Source of the DNA: Syntrophales bacterium
Lineage (GTDB): Bacteria > Desulfobacterota > Syntrophia > Syntrophales > PHBD01
Direction: 5' to 3'
Assembly (NCBI GenBank): GCA_963668175.1
Contig: OY764159.1
Location: forward strand, 1,120,001-1,184,000
Length of the DNA stretch: 64,000 nucleotides
The position numbers and the translations under genes are program-made. A model generated the notes under the pieces. It made no database searches and had not been told where the DNA came from. It saw only the letters and a program-made list of their open reading frames with translations. Below, piece by piece: positions 47,905 through 58,716 of the stretch; positions within the stretch are counted from its first letter, which is position 1; the number at the start of each line of letters is the position of its first letter.

Positions 47905-50679
47905 ATGGTAAGTTTATCTCATCCTAGGGTCGTTGCTTGGATAGGATTGGTTGTGTTGCTGGTGCTACAGGGTTGCACCGTTGCCACAAAAAGTACCATC
48001 ATATCTCCCGAGATTCGAAGTCTCTTTAAAGGTAAGTACGAAATCGGCCCCGACATGGAGAAGGAGAAACTGAGGCCGAAGTCCATTGCCGTGCTTCCCT
48101 TTGTGAACAAGGCCGCAAGCCAGCGGGGTTCCGAGGAGGTGCGCCGCGGCTTCTACAACCATTTCAGTTCCCTGCCTTTTAACGACATGCAGCTTTTCCG
48201 GGTGGACAATGCCTTGCGGAAGGCCGGGTATACCGATCCCCTTGCCATCAATCAGATGAAGCCCCAGGAACTGGGGAAAATTCTCGGTGTGGATGCCGTC
48301 GTCTATGGGGAAATCACCGACTTCGACAAGCTGTTCCTGGCGATCTATTCCCAGGTGGCTGTGGGGGCCAAGATCAGGATGTACGATACGAAGACGGGGA
48401 ATTTCCTCTGGAGCGGCGAGCATACGGCAAGGATTCACGAAGGAGGCATCTCGACGACACCCTTGGGAATCATCGCCACCGTCGTGGCGACATCGCTTAA
48501 TATGAGGGATATCCAATTGCTTCGGGCTTGCGACGATCTTTTCCGGGATATGGTCAAGACCATCCCGACGCCGTCCATCGCCGATGCCCTGCAGCCTCCG
48601 TCCATCACGTTGCTTACGCAGGACACGAAGAATCTGCCGAAGAAGGCCGGTGACGAGATCAAGGTCGTCATCCAGGGCGAGCCGAAGATGCTGGCCACGT
48701 TCGATATCGGCGATTACAAGAAACAGATCGATATGAAGGAAGTGGAGCCGGGTTGGTATCTCGGCGTCTACAAGGTCGTTCCCGGGGATAACGTCCGCAA
48801 GGCCATCATCACCGGCCGCCTCGCCTATCCCAATTCGCCCGGCCAGTACAGCGAATGGATCGATGCGGTGGGGACTGTGACGCTCAAGACGACGCCCCCG
48901 GATACGCCCAAGAATCCTGCGTCCGTCGGGCGCAACAGGGTCGTTCTTCTGAACTGGAACAAGTCTTCCGATTCCGATCTGATCGGTTACCGTGTTTACA
49001 GGAGCGCAACGCCCCTCGCCGGTTATCAGGAAATCGCCCGGACGGAGTTTACCGAGTACAGGGACCAGGCACCGGAGTTGGCGAACGATCAAAAATATTT
49101 CTATAAGGTGACCGCTGTGGATGCAGCGGGCAACGAAAGCGAAAAGTCCGATACGATAACCGGCATGCCGGTTGCGCCCGGCCCGACCCCCGTCGCGGGA
49201 ATCGTCGAGGCGGACCGGACCTGGTATTCGGGAGCGAGCCCTTACATCATCGAAGATACCGTGATCGTGAAAGACAAGGCCGTGCTGACGATCGAACCGG
49301 GGACGGAGATCCGTTCCAAGGGCGGTGCCCTGATCGTCGAGGGACAGATCAAGGCCCAGGGTGACGGCGAGCATGTGATCCTTTTCGATACGGCCGTCGA
49401 AGGCAAGGCCTGGAAGGGTATCGTCTTCAGGAACGTGAAAGACAAGGAGAACGTTCTTAGATATCTCCGCATCAGGAATGCCGATGCGGGCGTCACCTGT
49501 GAGGCGTCGTCGCCCCGGATAGAATTCTCCGAGTTTGCCGAAAACGCTTCGGCTGTGAAGATCACCGGCGCCTTTTCCAAGCCCCGCTTAAGCCGCAACA
49601 CCATCCAAAAGAACCGGGAAGCGGCCGTAGTTATCACGGACGGCGCGCAGCCGGCGATCGAGGACAACCGCATCATCGATAATGAAAAGGGCGGCATTCT
49701 GGCTAGGGGTTCCGCTCCGGCGATCATCCACAACGAGATCAGCCGGAACCGCGGGGCCGGCATCGTTCTCAATCGGAGCCAGGCCAACATCGCCGAGAAC
49801 AACATCACCGACAACGAGCCTTTCAATGTATCGGCCGACATGACGGGCGAGCCCGTCCCGGCGCTGAAGAACTGGTGGGGGTCCGCCAAGGGCGCCGACG
49901 TCCTGGCGAAAATCAGCGGCAAGATCAACATCGGAACGGTCCTCGGCGCACCATGGCCCGGCGGCAAGGATGTCGAACTGCCCATCCTGACAAGCCAGCT
50001 CGGCGGCGCCATCAAGGCCGATTCCTTCCTCATCCTGGCCAACAGCCCCTATCGGGTGGTGAAGGATGTCGTCGTCGACGGCGGGGCCACCCTCTATGTC
50101 GAGGCCGGGGTCGAGATCCGCTACGACCAGAACCGGTCCATCAGCGTGGAAGACGGCGGCATTATGGCCAAGGGCACCAGGAAGGCCCCGATTGTTTTCA
50201 CCGCTTCGTCGCCGTCGCCGTCGCCGGGTTTCTACAACAGCGCCGTCAAGTTCATGAAGAAAACCCAGGTCAACAGCGCCTTTTCCTACTGCATCGTCAA
50301 GTATGCCGAAACGGCCTTCGACGTCCATTACGGATCGCCCGATTTTTCCTACTGCTATATCGCCCATAACGCCCAGAGCGGTCTTTTCTGCCGCAACGAT
50401 TCGGCGCCGACGATCACCTACAATACGTTTACGGGCAACCGCGGCGAAGGGGCCGTCAAGAGCGTGGGCATGTCGCGGCCGCTCATCAAGAACAACAATT
50501 TCATCAACAACGAGGTGGCCGTCCAGACCTTCTCGACTATCTATATCGATGCGAGCAACAACTGGTGGGGCAGGAATCCGCCCGATCTCAACGTCATATG
50601 GGGGGACCCCGATAAGAACATCCGGATCAAACCGTGGCTGACGTCCCCGGAGAAGCAGGCCTTTTCCGAGAAGAAATAA
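47905..50679 (+). CDS. Large lipoprotein: DUF799/CsgG-like N-terminus, FN3 domain, right-handed beta-helix repeats
   Basis: LQGC lipobox; IAVLPF..ILGVDAVVYG; YRVYRS..YKVTAVD; repeated SPY and NWWG segments. Confidence 0.75.
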   Translation: MVSLSHPRVVAWIGLVVLLVLQGCTVATKSTIISPEIRSLFKGKYEIGPDMEKEKLRPKSIAVLPFVNKAASQRGSEEVRRGFYNHFSSLPFNDMQLFRVDNALRKAGYTDPLAINQMKPQELGKILGVDAVVYGEITDFDKLFLAIYSQVAVGAKIRMYDTKTGNFLWSGEHTARIHEGGISTTPLGIIATVVATSLNMRDIQLLRACDDLFRDMVKTIPTPSIADALQPPSITLLTQDTKNLPKKAGDEIKVVIQGEPKMLATFDIGDYKKQIDMKEVEPGWYLGVYKVVPGDNVRKAIITGRLAYPNSPGQYSEWIDAVGTVTLKTTPPDTPKNPASVGRNRVVLLNWNKSSDSDLIGYRVYRSATPLAGYQEIARTEFTEYRDQAPELANDQKYFYKVTAVDAAGNESEKSDTITGMPVAPGPTPVAGIVEADRTWYSGASPYIIEDTVIVKDKAVLTIEPGTEIRSKGGALIVEGQIKAQGDGEHVILFDTAVEGKAWKGIVFRNVKDKENVLRYLRIRNADAGVTCEASSPRIEFSEFAENASAVKITGAFSKPRLSRNTIQKNREAAVVITDGAQPAIEDNRIIDNEKGGILARGSAPAIIHNEISRNRGAGIVLNRSQANIAENNITDNEPFNVSADMTGEPVPALKNWWGSAKGADVLAKISGKINIGTVLGAPWPGGKDVELPILTSQLGGAIKADSFLILANSPYRVVKDVVVDGGATLYVEAGVEIRYDQNRSISVEDGGIMAKGTRKAPIVFTASSPSPSPGFYNSAVKFMKKTQVNSAFSYCIVKYAETAFDVHYGSPDFSYCYIAHNAQSGLFCRNDSAPTITYNTFTGNRGEGAVKSVGMSRPLIKNNNFINNEVAVQTFSTIYIDASNNWWGRNPPDLNVIWGDPDKNIRIKPWLTSPEKQAFSEKK

Positions 50680-50824
50680 TGCGCTTCGGGACAGATATAT
50701 TTTCTATTGAAAATCGGAGGGTGTTTTGTTATTCAAGCGCGGTGGGTTATGCATCACAAACGAATCGGTTGCCTTACCGCTTCCGGAGTCTGGCAAAGAT
50801 CAACATAAATCAAAGGAGGATTGT

Positions 50825-51730
50825 ATGAAATCAAGGCGCATGGCAGTAGTATCCATTGTTATGGGTTTGCTTTTCCTGTGGGTAGGCACCGGTTTCAGCC
50901 AGCAGCAGGGTGACGGTAAGGTCAGCATGACCGACTGGACGAAAATCATCGACTCGAAAGTCGCCGAACAGGTCGGCGACAAGGGTATCGTCAACTACGA
51001 AGAAGGGTATATCGAAGCAACAGGTACGGGCGCACCTCCCGAGAAGTACTACGGTAAACCGCAGGCACGCCCGATGGCCCTTCGCGCCGCCCAGATCGAT
51101 GCTTACAGGAACCTGCTTGAGGTTACCAAAGGCGTCCAGATCAGCTCCCAGACGACCGTCAAGGATTTCGTTACGGAAAGCGACGTGATCAACGCCCAGG
51201 TGGAAGGTCTCGTCAAGGGCGCGAAAGTGATGAACAAGGAATACCTCTCCGACGGGACGGTGGAAGTCACGGTCAGGATGCCCCTTAACGGCATAGCCAA
51301 GGCGGTCTTCCCCAAAGTAGTGGCCGACGATAAGAAAACCGTTGCCCTTCCTCCCCCTGTCAGGGTGAAACCGACGCCGTCGGGCGAAGATGTATATACG
51401 GGTCTCGTCATCGACGCCCGCGGGCTCCAGGCCCGTCCGGCCATGTCGCCCAAAGTCATCGACGAAAACGGCAAGGAGATCTACGGATCGCTCGTCGTCA
51501 ACAAGGACTATGCCGTTCAGCAGGGTATCAGCGGTTACGCCAGGGATCTGACGGCCGCCCAGGGGAACGCCAGGGTCACGAACAACCCCATCACGGTTAA
51601 GGGATTGAGCGCCGAAGGCGCCGGCAAGTCGGACATCAAGATCAGCAACGACGATGCCCAGAAGCTGCGGTCCGTGAAAGAGAATGTCGAGTTCATGAAG
51701 AAGTGCCGGGTCATGATCGTTCTCGACTGA
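50825..51730 (+). CDS. Exported LPP20-like protein
   Basis: Signal peptide; ATGTG..ALRAAQIDAYRNL, YTGLVIDARG motifs; AAGGAGG RBS. Confidence 0.7.
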   Translation: MKSRRMAVVSIVMGLLFLWVGTGFSQQQGDGKVSMTDWTKIIDSKVAEQVGDKGIVNYEEGYIEATGTGAPPEKYYGKPQARPMALRAAQIDAYRNLLEVTKGVQISSQTTVKDFVTESDVINAQVEGLVKGAKVMNKEYLSDGTVEVTVRMPLNGIAKAVFPKVVADDKKTVALPPPVRVKPTPSGEDVYTGLVIDARGLQARPAMSPKVIDENGKEIYGSLVVNKDYAVQQGISGYARDLTAAQGNARVTNNPITVKGLSAEGAGKSDIKISNDDAQKLRSVKENVEFMKKCRVMIVLD

Positions 51731-51759
51731 TCGACGGACTTAAGGAAAAACATTAATCG

Positions 51760-51797
51760 CCGCAGCCTTACGATCTCACGGGGCTGCGGTTTTTTTT
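51760..51797 (+). terminator. Intrinsic terminator
   Basis: CCGCAGCC/GGCTGCGG stem plus T8. Confidence 0.75.
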
Positions 51798-51812
51798 GCA
51801 GAGGAGAAGAAC

Positions 51813-53678
51813 GTGCCGGGGATCATCCGTGTCCTTCCCGAATCGCTGACGAACAGGATCGCCGCCGGAGAAGTGGTCGAGCGGCCGGCGTCTATCGTCA
51901 AGGAACTGCTGGAGAATGCCATCGACGCCGGCGGGGACGATATCGCCGTTGAACTGGAGAAGGGTGGTTGCGCCGCCGTCCGGATCGTCGATAACGGCGC
52001 CGGCATGGATGCCGAGGATGTTCCCCTGGCCTTTGAGCGGTATGCCACAAGCAAGATTTACCGGTTCGACGACATATACAGCGTCCGTTCTTTCGGGTTC
52101 CGGGGCGAAGCCCTGCCCAGCATAGCCTCCATCGCCCGCGTCGAAATGACGTCCCGCAAAAAAGAGGCCGTCGCCGGGACGAAGATCATTGTAGAAGCCG
52201 GTACGGTGAAAGAAGTTACGGCAGCGGGCTGTCCCGCGGGCACGGCGGTGACGGTGTCCCGCATCTTCGAGCCTGTCCCCGTCCGGAAGAAGTTTTTGAA
52301 GGCGGAAGCCACGGAGCAGGGGGCCTGCATCGACGTCATCGTCCGGACCGCCCTTGCCCATCCTTCCGTCCGGATCAAGGTCGTCGCGAACAAACGCGAT
52401 ATCCTGAATATCCCTGCCGCCAAAGATGCCGCGGAGCGTGTATCCCTCGTTTTAGGGCTCGATTTCGCCGAAAGGGTCCTGCCTGTCCGGTTGGACCGGA
52501 ACGGGACGGCCATCAGCGGGTTCGTTTCGCCGCCCGATTTGACGCGATCGAACAGCAAGCAGGTCTATTGCTATGTCAACCGTCGGTATGTCCGGGATCA
52601 TCTCCTGAACCATGCCGTGATGACGGCTTACCGGCGGCTGATCGAGGCCAAGAGGTATCCCGCCGTCGTCCTCTTTATCGACCTTCCTCCGGAAGACGTC
52701 GATGTAAATGTCCATCCCGCGAAGATGGAGGTCCGTTTCCGTAATCCCCGGGAGGTGTATGACGCGATCGTGGCCGCCGTCTGGGGGGCGCTGTCCTCGT
52801 CGCCCCTTGCGGCCGTTGTCCGGGAGGATAAGGAGTATCCGGCCGTAGACCCGGCAAGCAGCCGGGACTATCAGGCGCGGGTCGGCGAGGCCCTGAAACG
52901 CTACACGTTATCTCCGGGGAGCGAGCGGCTTCCCTTCTCCCGGGAACAGTTCGGACGGCCGTATGCGAAGCCCGCGGCGCCGTTCATCCGGCAGGCGTAT
53001 GGAAAGGGCGAGGAGCAGGTGCATGTGCGGGAACAGGTACAAGAGGCGGGGCGGGAACCGGTGCCGGAGCCGATACGGGAGCCGGTACCGTCCATCATCC
53101 TGGGCGATCTCCATTACCTCGGCCAGATAGTCGACACATACCTGGTTTTTGCCGCGACCAGCGGCATGGTCCTGGTCGATCAGCATGCCGCCCACGAACG
53201 GATTCTTTTCGAAAAATTCAAGGCCGCATCCGCTTCGCAAAAGACGATCGGCCAGCAGCTTCTCATCCCCGAAGTCATCAGCCTGTCTCCCAGGGACCTT
53301 CGCTTCATTCTTGACAATACGGAGGTTCTTGCGTCGGTCGGTATCGAAATCGAGGCCTTCGGGGGTGATGCCGTCGTTGTCAAGTCCGTGCCGTCCATCG
53401 CCGGGCAGATGGAGCCCCGGGGCATCATCATGGATATCCTGGACGAGTTTTCCGAGACGGAACGCGCGTCGAGCATTGCGGACAAGAGGGAGAAGATGAT
53501 GGTCTCTCTCGCCTGCAAGGCGGCCGTCAAGGCCAACCGGAGGCTGGTGCCCGAAGAAGTGGCGGCCCTCTGCCGCGATCTCGACCGGCTGGCTTACGGC
53601 GGGACGTGCCCCCACGGCAGGCCGGTCTTCGTCGCCTTCCGGACCGGGGACCTCGAGAAGATGTTCAAGAGGAAATGA
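51813..53678 (+). CDS. mutL: DNA mismatch repair protein MutL
   Basis: IAAGEVVERP, GFRGEAL, DQHAAHER, CPHGRP. Confidence 0.97.
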   Translation: MPGIIRVLPESLTNRIAAGEVVERPASIVKELLENAIDAGGDDIAVELEKGGCAAVRIVDNGAGMDAEDVPLAFERYATSKIYRFDDIYSVRSFGFRGEALPSIASIARVEMTSRKKEAVAGTKIIVEAGTVKEVTAAGCPAGTAVTVSRIFEPVPVRKKFLKAEATEQGACIDVIVRTALAHPSVRIKVVANKRDILNIPAAKDAAERVSLVLGLDFAERVLPVRLDRNGTAISGFVSPPDLTRSNSKQVYCYVNRRYVRDHLLNHAVMTAYRRLIEAKRYPAVVLFIDLPPEDVDVNVHPAKMEVRFRNPREVYDAIVAAVWGALSSSPLAAVVREDKEYPAVDPASSRDYQARVGEALKRYTLSPGSERLPFSREQFGRPYAKPAAPFIRQAYGKGEEQVHVREQVQEAGREPVPEPIREPVPSIILGDLHYLGQIVDTYLVFAATSGMVLVDQHAAHERILFEKFKAASASQKTIGQQLLIPEVISLSPRDLRFILDNTEVLASVGIEIEAFGGDAVVVKSVPSIAGQMEPRGIIMDILDEFSETERASSIADKREKMMVSLACKAAVKANRRLVPEEVAALCRDLDRLAYGGTCPHGRPVFVAFRTGDLEKMFKRK

Positions 53679-53684
53679 CGGTCC

Positions 53685-54641
53685 ATGCCGGACATAAGTT
53701 CCATACCCCGACTTGTTATCCTCGTCGGTCCCACCTGTACCGGGAAGACGGATGCCGCCGTCCGGATAGCCGGGGAAGTCGGGGGGGAAATTATCAGCGC
53801 CGATTCGATGCAGGTCTATCGTTACATGGATATCGGAACGGCCAAGCCGGACCGGATGCAACGGTCGGCCGTTCCCCATCACGGCCTCGATCTCGTCGAC
53901 CCGGACGAGCCGTTCAATGCTTCCCTCTTTGTCGGGGAAGCCGATAGGATCATCGATCGTTTGCATGCACGGCAAGTGCCCGCTTTCGTGGTCGGCGGAA
54001 CTGGTCTCTACATCAAGGCCCTCCTCGGGGGGCTTCTCGACGGACCCGGGGCGGACGAAGCCCTGAGGGCGCATTACAGAAAAGAGGCGGCCGTCCACGG
54101 TAAGGCGTACCTCCATGAACAGCTTCAGGAGAAGGACCCCCAGGCGGCAGCCGCCATTGACCCCCGGGACGCCGCGCGGGTGATTCGGGCCCTGGAGGTA
54201 TTCGATTTGACAGGTGTTTCCATCGTCGAACGCCAGAAGGCCCATCGCTTCAACCGGCAGAGATACGCTTGTTTCAAGATCGGCCTGACGATGGAGCGGG
54301 ATGCCCTCTTCGAGAGGATCGACCGCAGGACCGACCGCATGATGGCGGCGGGATTCGTGGACGAGGTGCAGTCGCTGCTTGAGCAAGGCTATGCGCCGGA
54401 ACTCAAGGCCATGCAGTCCCTGGGTTACAGGCAGATCGTCGGTTATTTGCAGGGATTGTACAGCCTCGACGAGGCAGTCCGGCTTATAAAACGCGATACG
54501 AGGCATTATGCCAAGCGCCAGATGACCTGGTTCAAGGCTGACAAGGTCATTCAATGGGTATCCGGCGGAGATATAGATTTTATCGGGAGAGAAATCAGGG
54601 AATTCCTTGGCCGGCCGGAGTTGCCTGCGTCCGGACACTGA
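53685..54641 (+). CDS. miaA: tRNA dimethylallyltransferase
   Basis: GPTCTGKT, DSMQVY, GGTGLY, YAKRQMTW. Confidence 0.96.
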   Translation: MPDISSIPRLVILVGPTCTGKTDAAVRIAGEVGGEIISADSMQVYRYMDIGTAKPDRMQRSAVPHHGLDLVDPDEPFNASLFVGEADRIIDRLHARQVPAFVVGGTGLYIKALLGGLLDGPGADEALRAHYRKEAAVHGKAYLHEQLQEKDPQAAAAIDPRDAARVIRALEVFDLTGVSIVERQKAHRFNRQRYACFKIGLTMERDALFERIDRRTDRMMAAGFVDEVQSLLEQGYAPELKAMQSLGYRQIVGYLQGLYSLDEAVRLIKRDTRHYAKRQMTWFKADKVIQWVSGGDIDFIGREIREFLGRPELPASGH

Positions 54642-54754
54642 ATTTTCTTGACTTCAATATGCTATGATTGTAGATACATGTCCAAGTTCCATGTCTTCGC
54701 GTTGATCAAAGCCGGGAAAGATTTGGTGAGGGTTCAAAATGAAAGGAGACTTCT

Positions 54755-55921
54755 ATGTTTAAACAGATGAAACGTCAGAAACGGTTCCTATTCATGGCCG
54801 TCATTGCCGCCGCGATGCTGGTTATCTCCTGCGGGCCGCAGGCCGTCAAGCCCACCAGCGAAATGGACGATCCTGGTCACCACACCAATATGGGCATCAG
54901 GTTCCTGAACGAGGGCAATATCGGCGAAGCCCAGAACTCTTTCGCGCGCGCCATCCAGCTCAATCCAAAATTTTCCATGGCTAACGCGGGCTTAGGCATC
55001 GTGAAGGCTTATCAGAACGACTTCAAGGCCGCCTCCGGATATATCGACCGGGCCTGGAACCTCGCCTCCACGTCGGAAGAGAAAGTCTTTGCCTATGTGG
55101 CGTACATTCGCCTCTACACAATGAGCAAGGACCCGTCGAACTGGCTCAATCTGGCGAGAGAGAAGTTCGATTTTGCCGTCCAGACCGATCCGCGGTCGGC
55201 TCTTCCTTACTATTTCATGGGATTAGCCTACAAGGCGGCCCTGGAATTCGACAAAGCGGAAGGCATGTTTGCCAAAGTCATCGATCTTAAAGGCGACTAT
55301 ACCGCCGAGGCCAACGCCCAGTGGGAATTGATCCAGAAGATCAAGAGGGCCATGCCCGGAACCCTAACGGGTAAGAAGATTGCCATCGTGGAGAAAATTA
55401 CCCGTGCGGACACCGCCGCCCTTTTCATGGAAGAGCTGAAAATTGACAAGCTGTACGAGAGAAGAACCCCCAAGAAATTCGATACGAGCTTCAAGGACCC
55501 CGATAAGGCCAAGGAGAAACCGCGGGGGCCCGCTACGGCGTCCGACATTGCCGACAGCCCCTTAAGATCCGATATCGAGGGTATCCTCAGGGTCGGTGTC
55601 CGCGGTCTGGAAGTGAATACGGACGGCACCTTCGATCCGTTGGGACTGGTCAGGAGGGGGCCCTACGCCATGATGATTGAGGATATCCTGATCAGGGTAA
55701 CCGGCGACGAGAAGCTGGCCACCAAGTTCATCGGCAGCACGTCCACCTTCCCCGACCTGCGGTCCGATCTGCCCTATTTCAACGCCGTCATGGTCGTGAC
55801 CTCCAGGGGTATTATGAAAGGAAATATCGCCACCGGACAGTTCGATCCGGAAGGCACCGTATCGGGCGTAGATGCCTTGCTGATTATCAGGGAATTCAAA
55901 GAGCAGCTTAACTTCAGATAA
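54755..55921 (+). CDS. TPR-repeat lipoprotein with C-terminal SLH-like motifs
   Basis: VISC lipobox; TPR helices; ITRADTAA and FPDL..GIM..FDPEG SLH-like segments. Confidence 0.7.
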   Translation: MFKQMKRQKRFLFMAVIAAAMLVISCGPQAVKPTSEMDDPGHHTNMGIRFLNEGNIGEAQNSFARAIQLNPKFSMANAGLGIVKAYQNDFKAASGYIDRAWNLASTSEEKVFAYVAYIRLYTMSKDPSNWLNLAREKFDFAVQTDPRSALPYYFMGLAYKAALEFDKAEGMFAKVIDLKGDYTAEANAQWELIQKIKRAMPGTLTGKKIAIVEKITRADTAALFMEELKIDKLYERRTPKKFDTSFKDPDKAKEKPRGPATASDIADSPLRSDIEGILRVGVRGLEVNTDGTFDPLGLVRRGPYAMMIEDILIRVTGDEKLATKFIGSTSTFPDLRSDLPYFNAVMVVTSRGIMKGNIATGQFDPEGTVSGVDALLIIREFKEQLNFR

Positions 55922-55938
55922 CAAAAGATTTATCAACT

Positions 55939-55995
55939 AGCTAAAGGCTGCGGGCAGATTTTCACTGATACACCTCGCGCCTTTAGCTTTTTTTT
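55939..55995 (+). terminator. Putative intrinsic terminator
   Basis: AGCTAAAGGC/GCCTTTAGCT stem (long loop) plus T tract. Confidence 0.55.
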
Positions 55996-56018
55996 GATTT
56001 CGATCAGGGAGACCGTCG

Positions 56019-58676
56019 ATGGAAGAGACATCACTGGCCAAGTCATTTGAGCCTCACGAAGCAGAATCAAAATGGTACCGGTATTGGATAGAGAAAGGGT
56101 TTTTCAAGGCCGACGATCACAGCTCCAAGCCCCAGTTCTCCATCGTCATTCCGCCGCCGAACGTTACAGGGATGCTCCACATGGGGCACGCCCTCAACAA
56201 CACCCTCCAGGATGTCATGATTCGCTTCCGCAGGATGCAGGGCTACAATGCCATGTGGATGCCGGGTATGGATCACGCGGGGATTGCCACCCAGAACGTC
56301 GTCGAGCAGGAACTCGCCAAAGAAGGTATTTCGCGGCATGAGCTGGGCAGGGAAAAGTTCGTCGCGCGGGTCTGGCAGTGGAAGGAAAAATACGGCGGCG
56401 TGATCATCAACCAGTTGAAAAGGCTGGGTTGCTCCTGCGACTGGGACCGGGAGCGTTTCACCATGGACGAAGGGCTCTCCCGGGCGGTGCGCGAGGCATT
56501 CGTCCGTCTCTATAACGACGGCCTCATTTACCAGGGCGACTATATCGTCAACTGGTGCCCCCGCTGCCATACGGCCATTTCGGACCTGGAGGTCGAATAC
56601 AAGGAAGAACCCGGCTTCCTGTGGAACATCCGGTACCCTTACGCGGACGGCAGCGGCGATATCATCGTGGCCACGACCCGGCCGGAAACGATGCTCGGCG
56701 ATACGGCCGTGGCCGTGAATCCGGACGACGCGCGCTACAAGGACAAGGTGGGCAAGGAAGTCATCCTGCCCCTCGTCAACAAGAAAATACCGGTGATCGC
56801 CGACAGCTATGTCACGGTGGAATTCGGTTCCGGCGCCGTGAAGATCACCCCGTCGGCCGATCCCAACGACTTCGCCATCGCGGGGCGCCATAATCTGGAA
56901 ATCATCAAGATCATGGACGGCAATGCCGTCATCAACGAGAACGGGGGGAAGTACCAGGGACAGGACCGCTACGAGGCACGGAAGAATATCGTGGCCGACC
57001 TGGAGAAAGAAGGATATCTCGTCAGTACGGAACCCTACGTTCATAACATCGGCCAGTGCTACCGCTGCCGGACGGACATCGAACCTTTCGTCTCCCGCCA
57101 GTGGTTCGTGAAGATCAAGCCTCTGGCGAAAGCCGCCAATGCCGCCGTGATCAAGGGCAAGACGAAGATCGTGCCCTCCATGTGGGAGGGGACCTATTTC
57201 GAATGGATGAACAACATCCGCGACTGGTGTATTTCCCGGCAGATCTGGTGGGGGCACCGGATTCCCGTCTGGACATGCGAGGGATGCGGCAGGATGATCG
57301 TGGCGACGGACGATCCCGACAAGTGTCCCGATTGCGGCGGGACGAAGCTCAAACAGGAAGAGGACGTGCTCGATACGTGGTTCAGTTCCGCCCTCTGGCC
57401 CTTCTCCACCCTGGGCTGGCCCGACAAGACCCCGGCGCTCAAGACCTTCTACCCGACGTCGCTTCTGGTCACAGGTTTCGACATCCTTTTCTTCTGGGTG
57501 GCCAGGATGATGATGATGGGGATCTATATCATGAAGGACGTCCCTTTCCGGGATGTTTGCCTTCATGCCCTGGTCCGGGACGAAAAGGGCGACAAGATGA
57601 GCAAGTCCAAGGGGAACATCATCGATCCCCTGGAGATGATCGACAAGTACGGCACGGACGCCTTCCGGTTCACGCTGGTTGCTTTCACGGCCCAGGGCCG
57701 GGATGTGCGCATGTCGGAAGATCGCATCCAGGGCTACAAGTTCTTCGTCAACAAGATTTGGAATGCCCTGCGTTTCTCGCAGATGAACCTGGCCGACTAT
57801 CCGAAAACGACGCCGGCCGGTCCCATGACGGACGAGACGCTGCCGGACCGCTGGATCCGTTCGCGTCTCGCAAAGACCGCCGCCGACGTGGTGACCAGTC
57901 TCGATGAATACCGGTTCAACGATGCCGCCGCGGCCATCTACCAGTTCATCTGGCATGAGCTGTGCGACTGGTACCTCGAACTCGGCAAGCCCGTTTTGTA
58001 TGCCCGGGACAACGCCGCCGAGCGGCTTGCCGCCCAGCATACCCTGTATGAGGTTCTCAAGGACGCCCTGAAGCTGCTCCATCCGGTGATGCCCTTCCTG
58101 ACGGAAGAGATCTGGCAACACCTTGTCAACGACGGCACGTCCATTATGATCAGCGACTTCCCCAAGCCGGAGGCGATGAAGAGGGACGAGGAGGTCGAGA
58201 AACAGATGGAACTGGTCATGGGGATCATCAACCGCGTAAGAAACATCCGGGGCGAGATGAACATCGCCCCGTCGAAGAAGCTCAAGGTTCTGGTTACGTC
58301 TGCGGACCGCGCGTCGCTCGATCTGGTCGAAAAGAGCGTTGTTTATGTCAAGACGCTGGCCAACCTGGATGCCATCGAGATATCGTCCGGCAGCGAGGAG
58401 CCGAAGGGCGCCGCGACAGGCGTCGTCGGGACCATGAAGGTTTTCGTCCTCCTGGAAGGAATGATCGACATCGCCGGAGAACGCGCCAGGCTTGAAAAAG
58501 AATTGGCCCGGGTGAGCAAGGACCTTACCGTCGTGCAGAAGAAGCTCGCCAACAGCGATTTCCGCGAAAAGGCGGCCGCCGCCGTTGTGGAGAAGGAAGA
58601 AGAAAAGTACAAACAATTCATGGAAAAGCATGCCGTCCTGGAAGCGGCCATAGGCAAACTGAAACAGATGGCCTGA
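56019..58676 (+). CDS. valS: Valine--tRNA ligase
   Basis: PPPNVTG.LHMGH, DWCISRQIWWGH, KMSKS, C-terminal coiled coil. Confidence 0.98.
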   Translation: MEETSLAKSFEPHEAESKWYRYWIEKGFFKADDHSSKPQFSIVIPPPNVTGMLHMGHALNNTLQDVMIRFRRMQGYNAMWMPGMDHAGIATQNVVEQELAKEGISRHELGREKFVARVWQWKEKYGGVIINQLKRLGCSCDWDRERFTMDEGLSRAVREAFVRLYNDGLIYQGDYIVNWCPRCHTAISDLEVEYKEEPGFLWNIRYPYADGSGDIIVATTRPETMLGDTAVAVNPDDARYKDKVGKEVILPLVNKKIPVIADSYVTVEFGSGAVKITPSADPNDFAIAGRHNLEIIKIMDGNAVINENGGKYQGQDRYEARKNIVADLEKEGYLVSTEPYVHNIGQCYRCRTDIEPFVSRQWFVKIKPLAKAANAAVIKGKTKIVPSMWEGTYFEWMNNIRDWCISRQIWWGHRIPVWTCEGCGRMIVATDDPDKCPDCGGTKLKQEEDVLDTWFSSALWPFSTLGWPDKTPALKTFYPTSLLVTGFDILFFWVARMMMMGIYIMKDVPFRDVCLHALVRDEKGDKMSKSKGNIIDPLEMIDKYGTDAFRFTLVAFTAQGRDVRMSEDRIQGYKFFVNKIWNALRFSQMNLADYPKTTPAGPMTDETLPDRWIRSRLAKTAADVVTSLDEYRFNDAAAAIYQFIWHELCDWYLELGKPVLYARDNAAERLAAQHTLYEVLKDALKLLHPVMPFLTEEIWQHLVNDGTSIMISDFPKPEAMKRDEEVEKQMELVMGIINRVRNIRGEMNIAPSKKLKVLVTSADRASLDLVEKSVVYVKTLANLDAIEISSGSEEPKGAATGVVGTMKVFVLLEGMIDIAGERARLEKELARVSKDLTVVQKKLANSDFREKAAAAVVEKEEEKYKQFMEKHAVLEAAIGKLKQMA

Positions 58677-58716
58677 TGCGGGGAACGGGGAAGCGGAATT
58701 CTTTTCCCCGCTGAAG

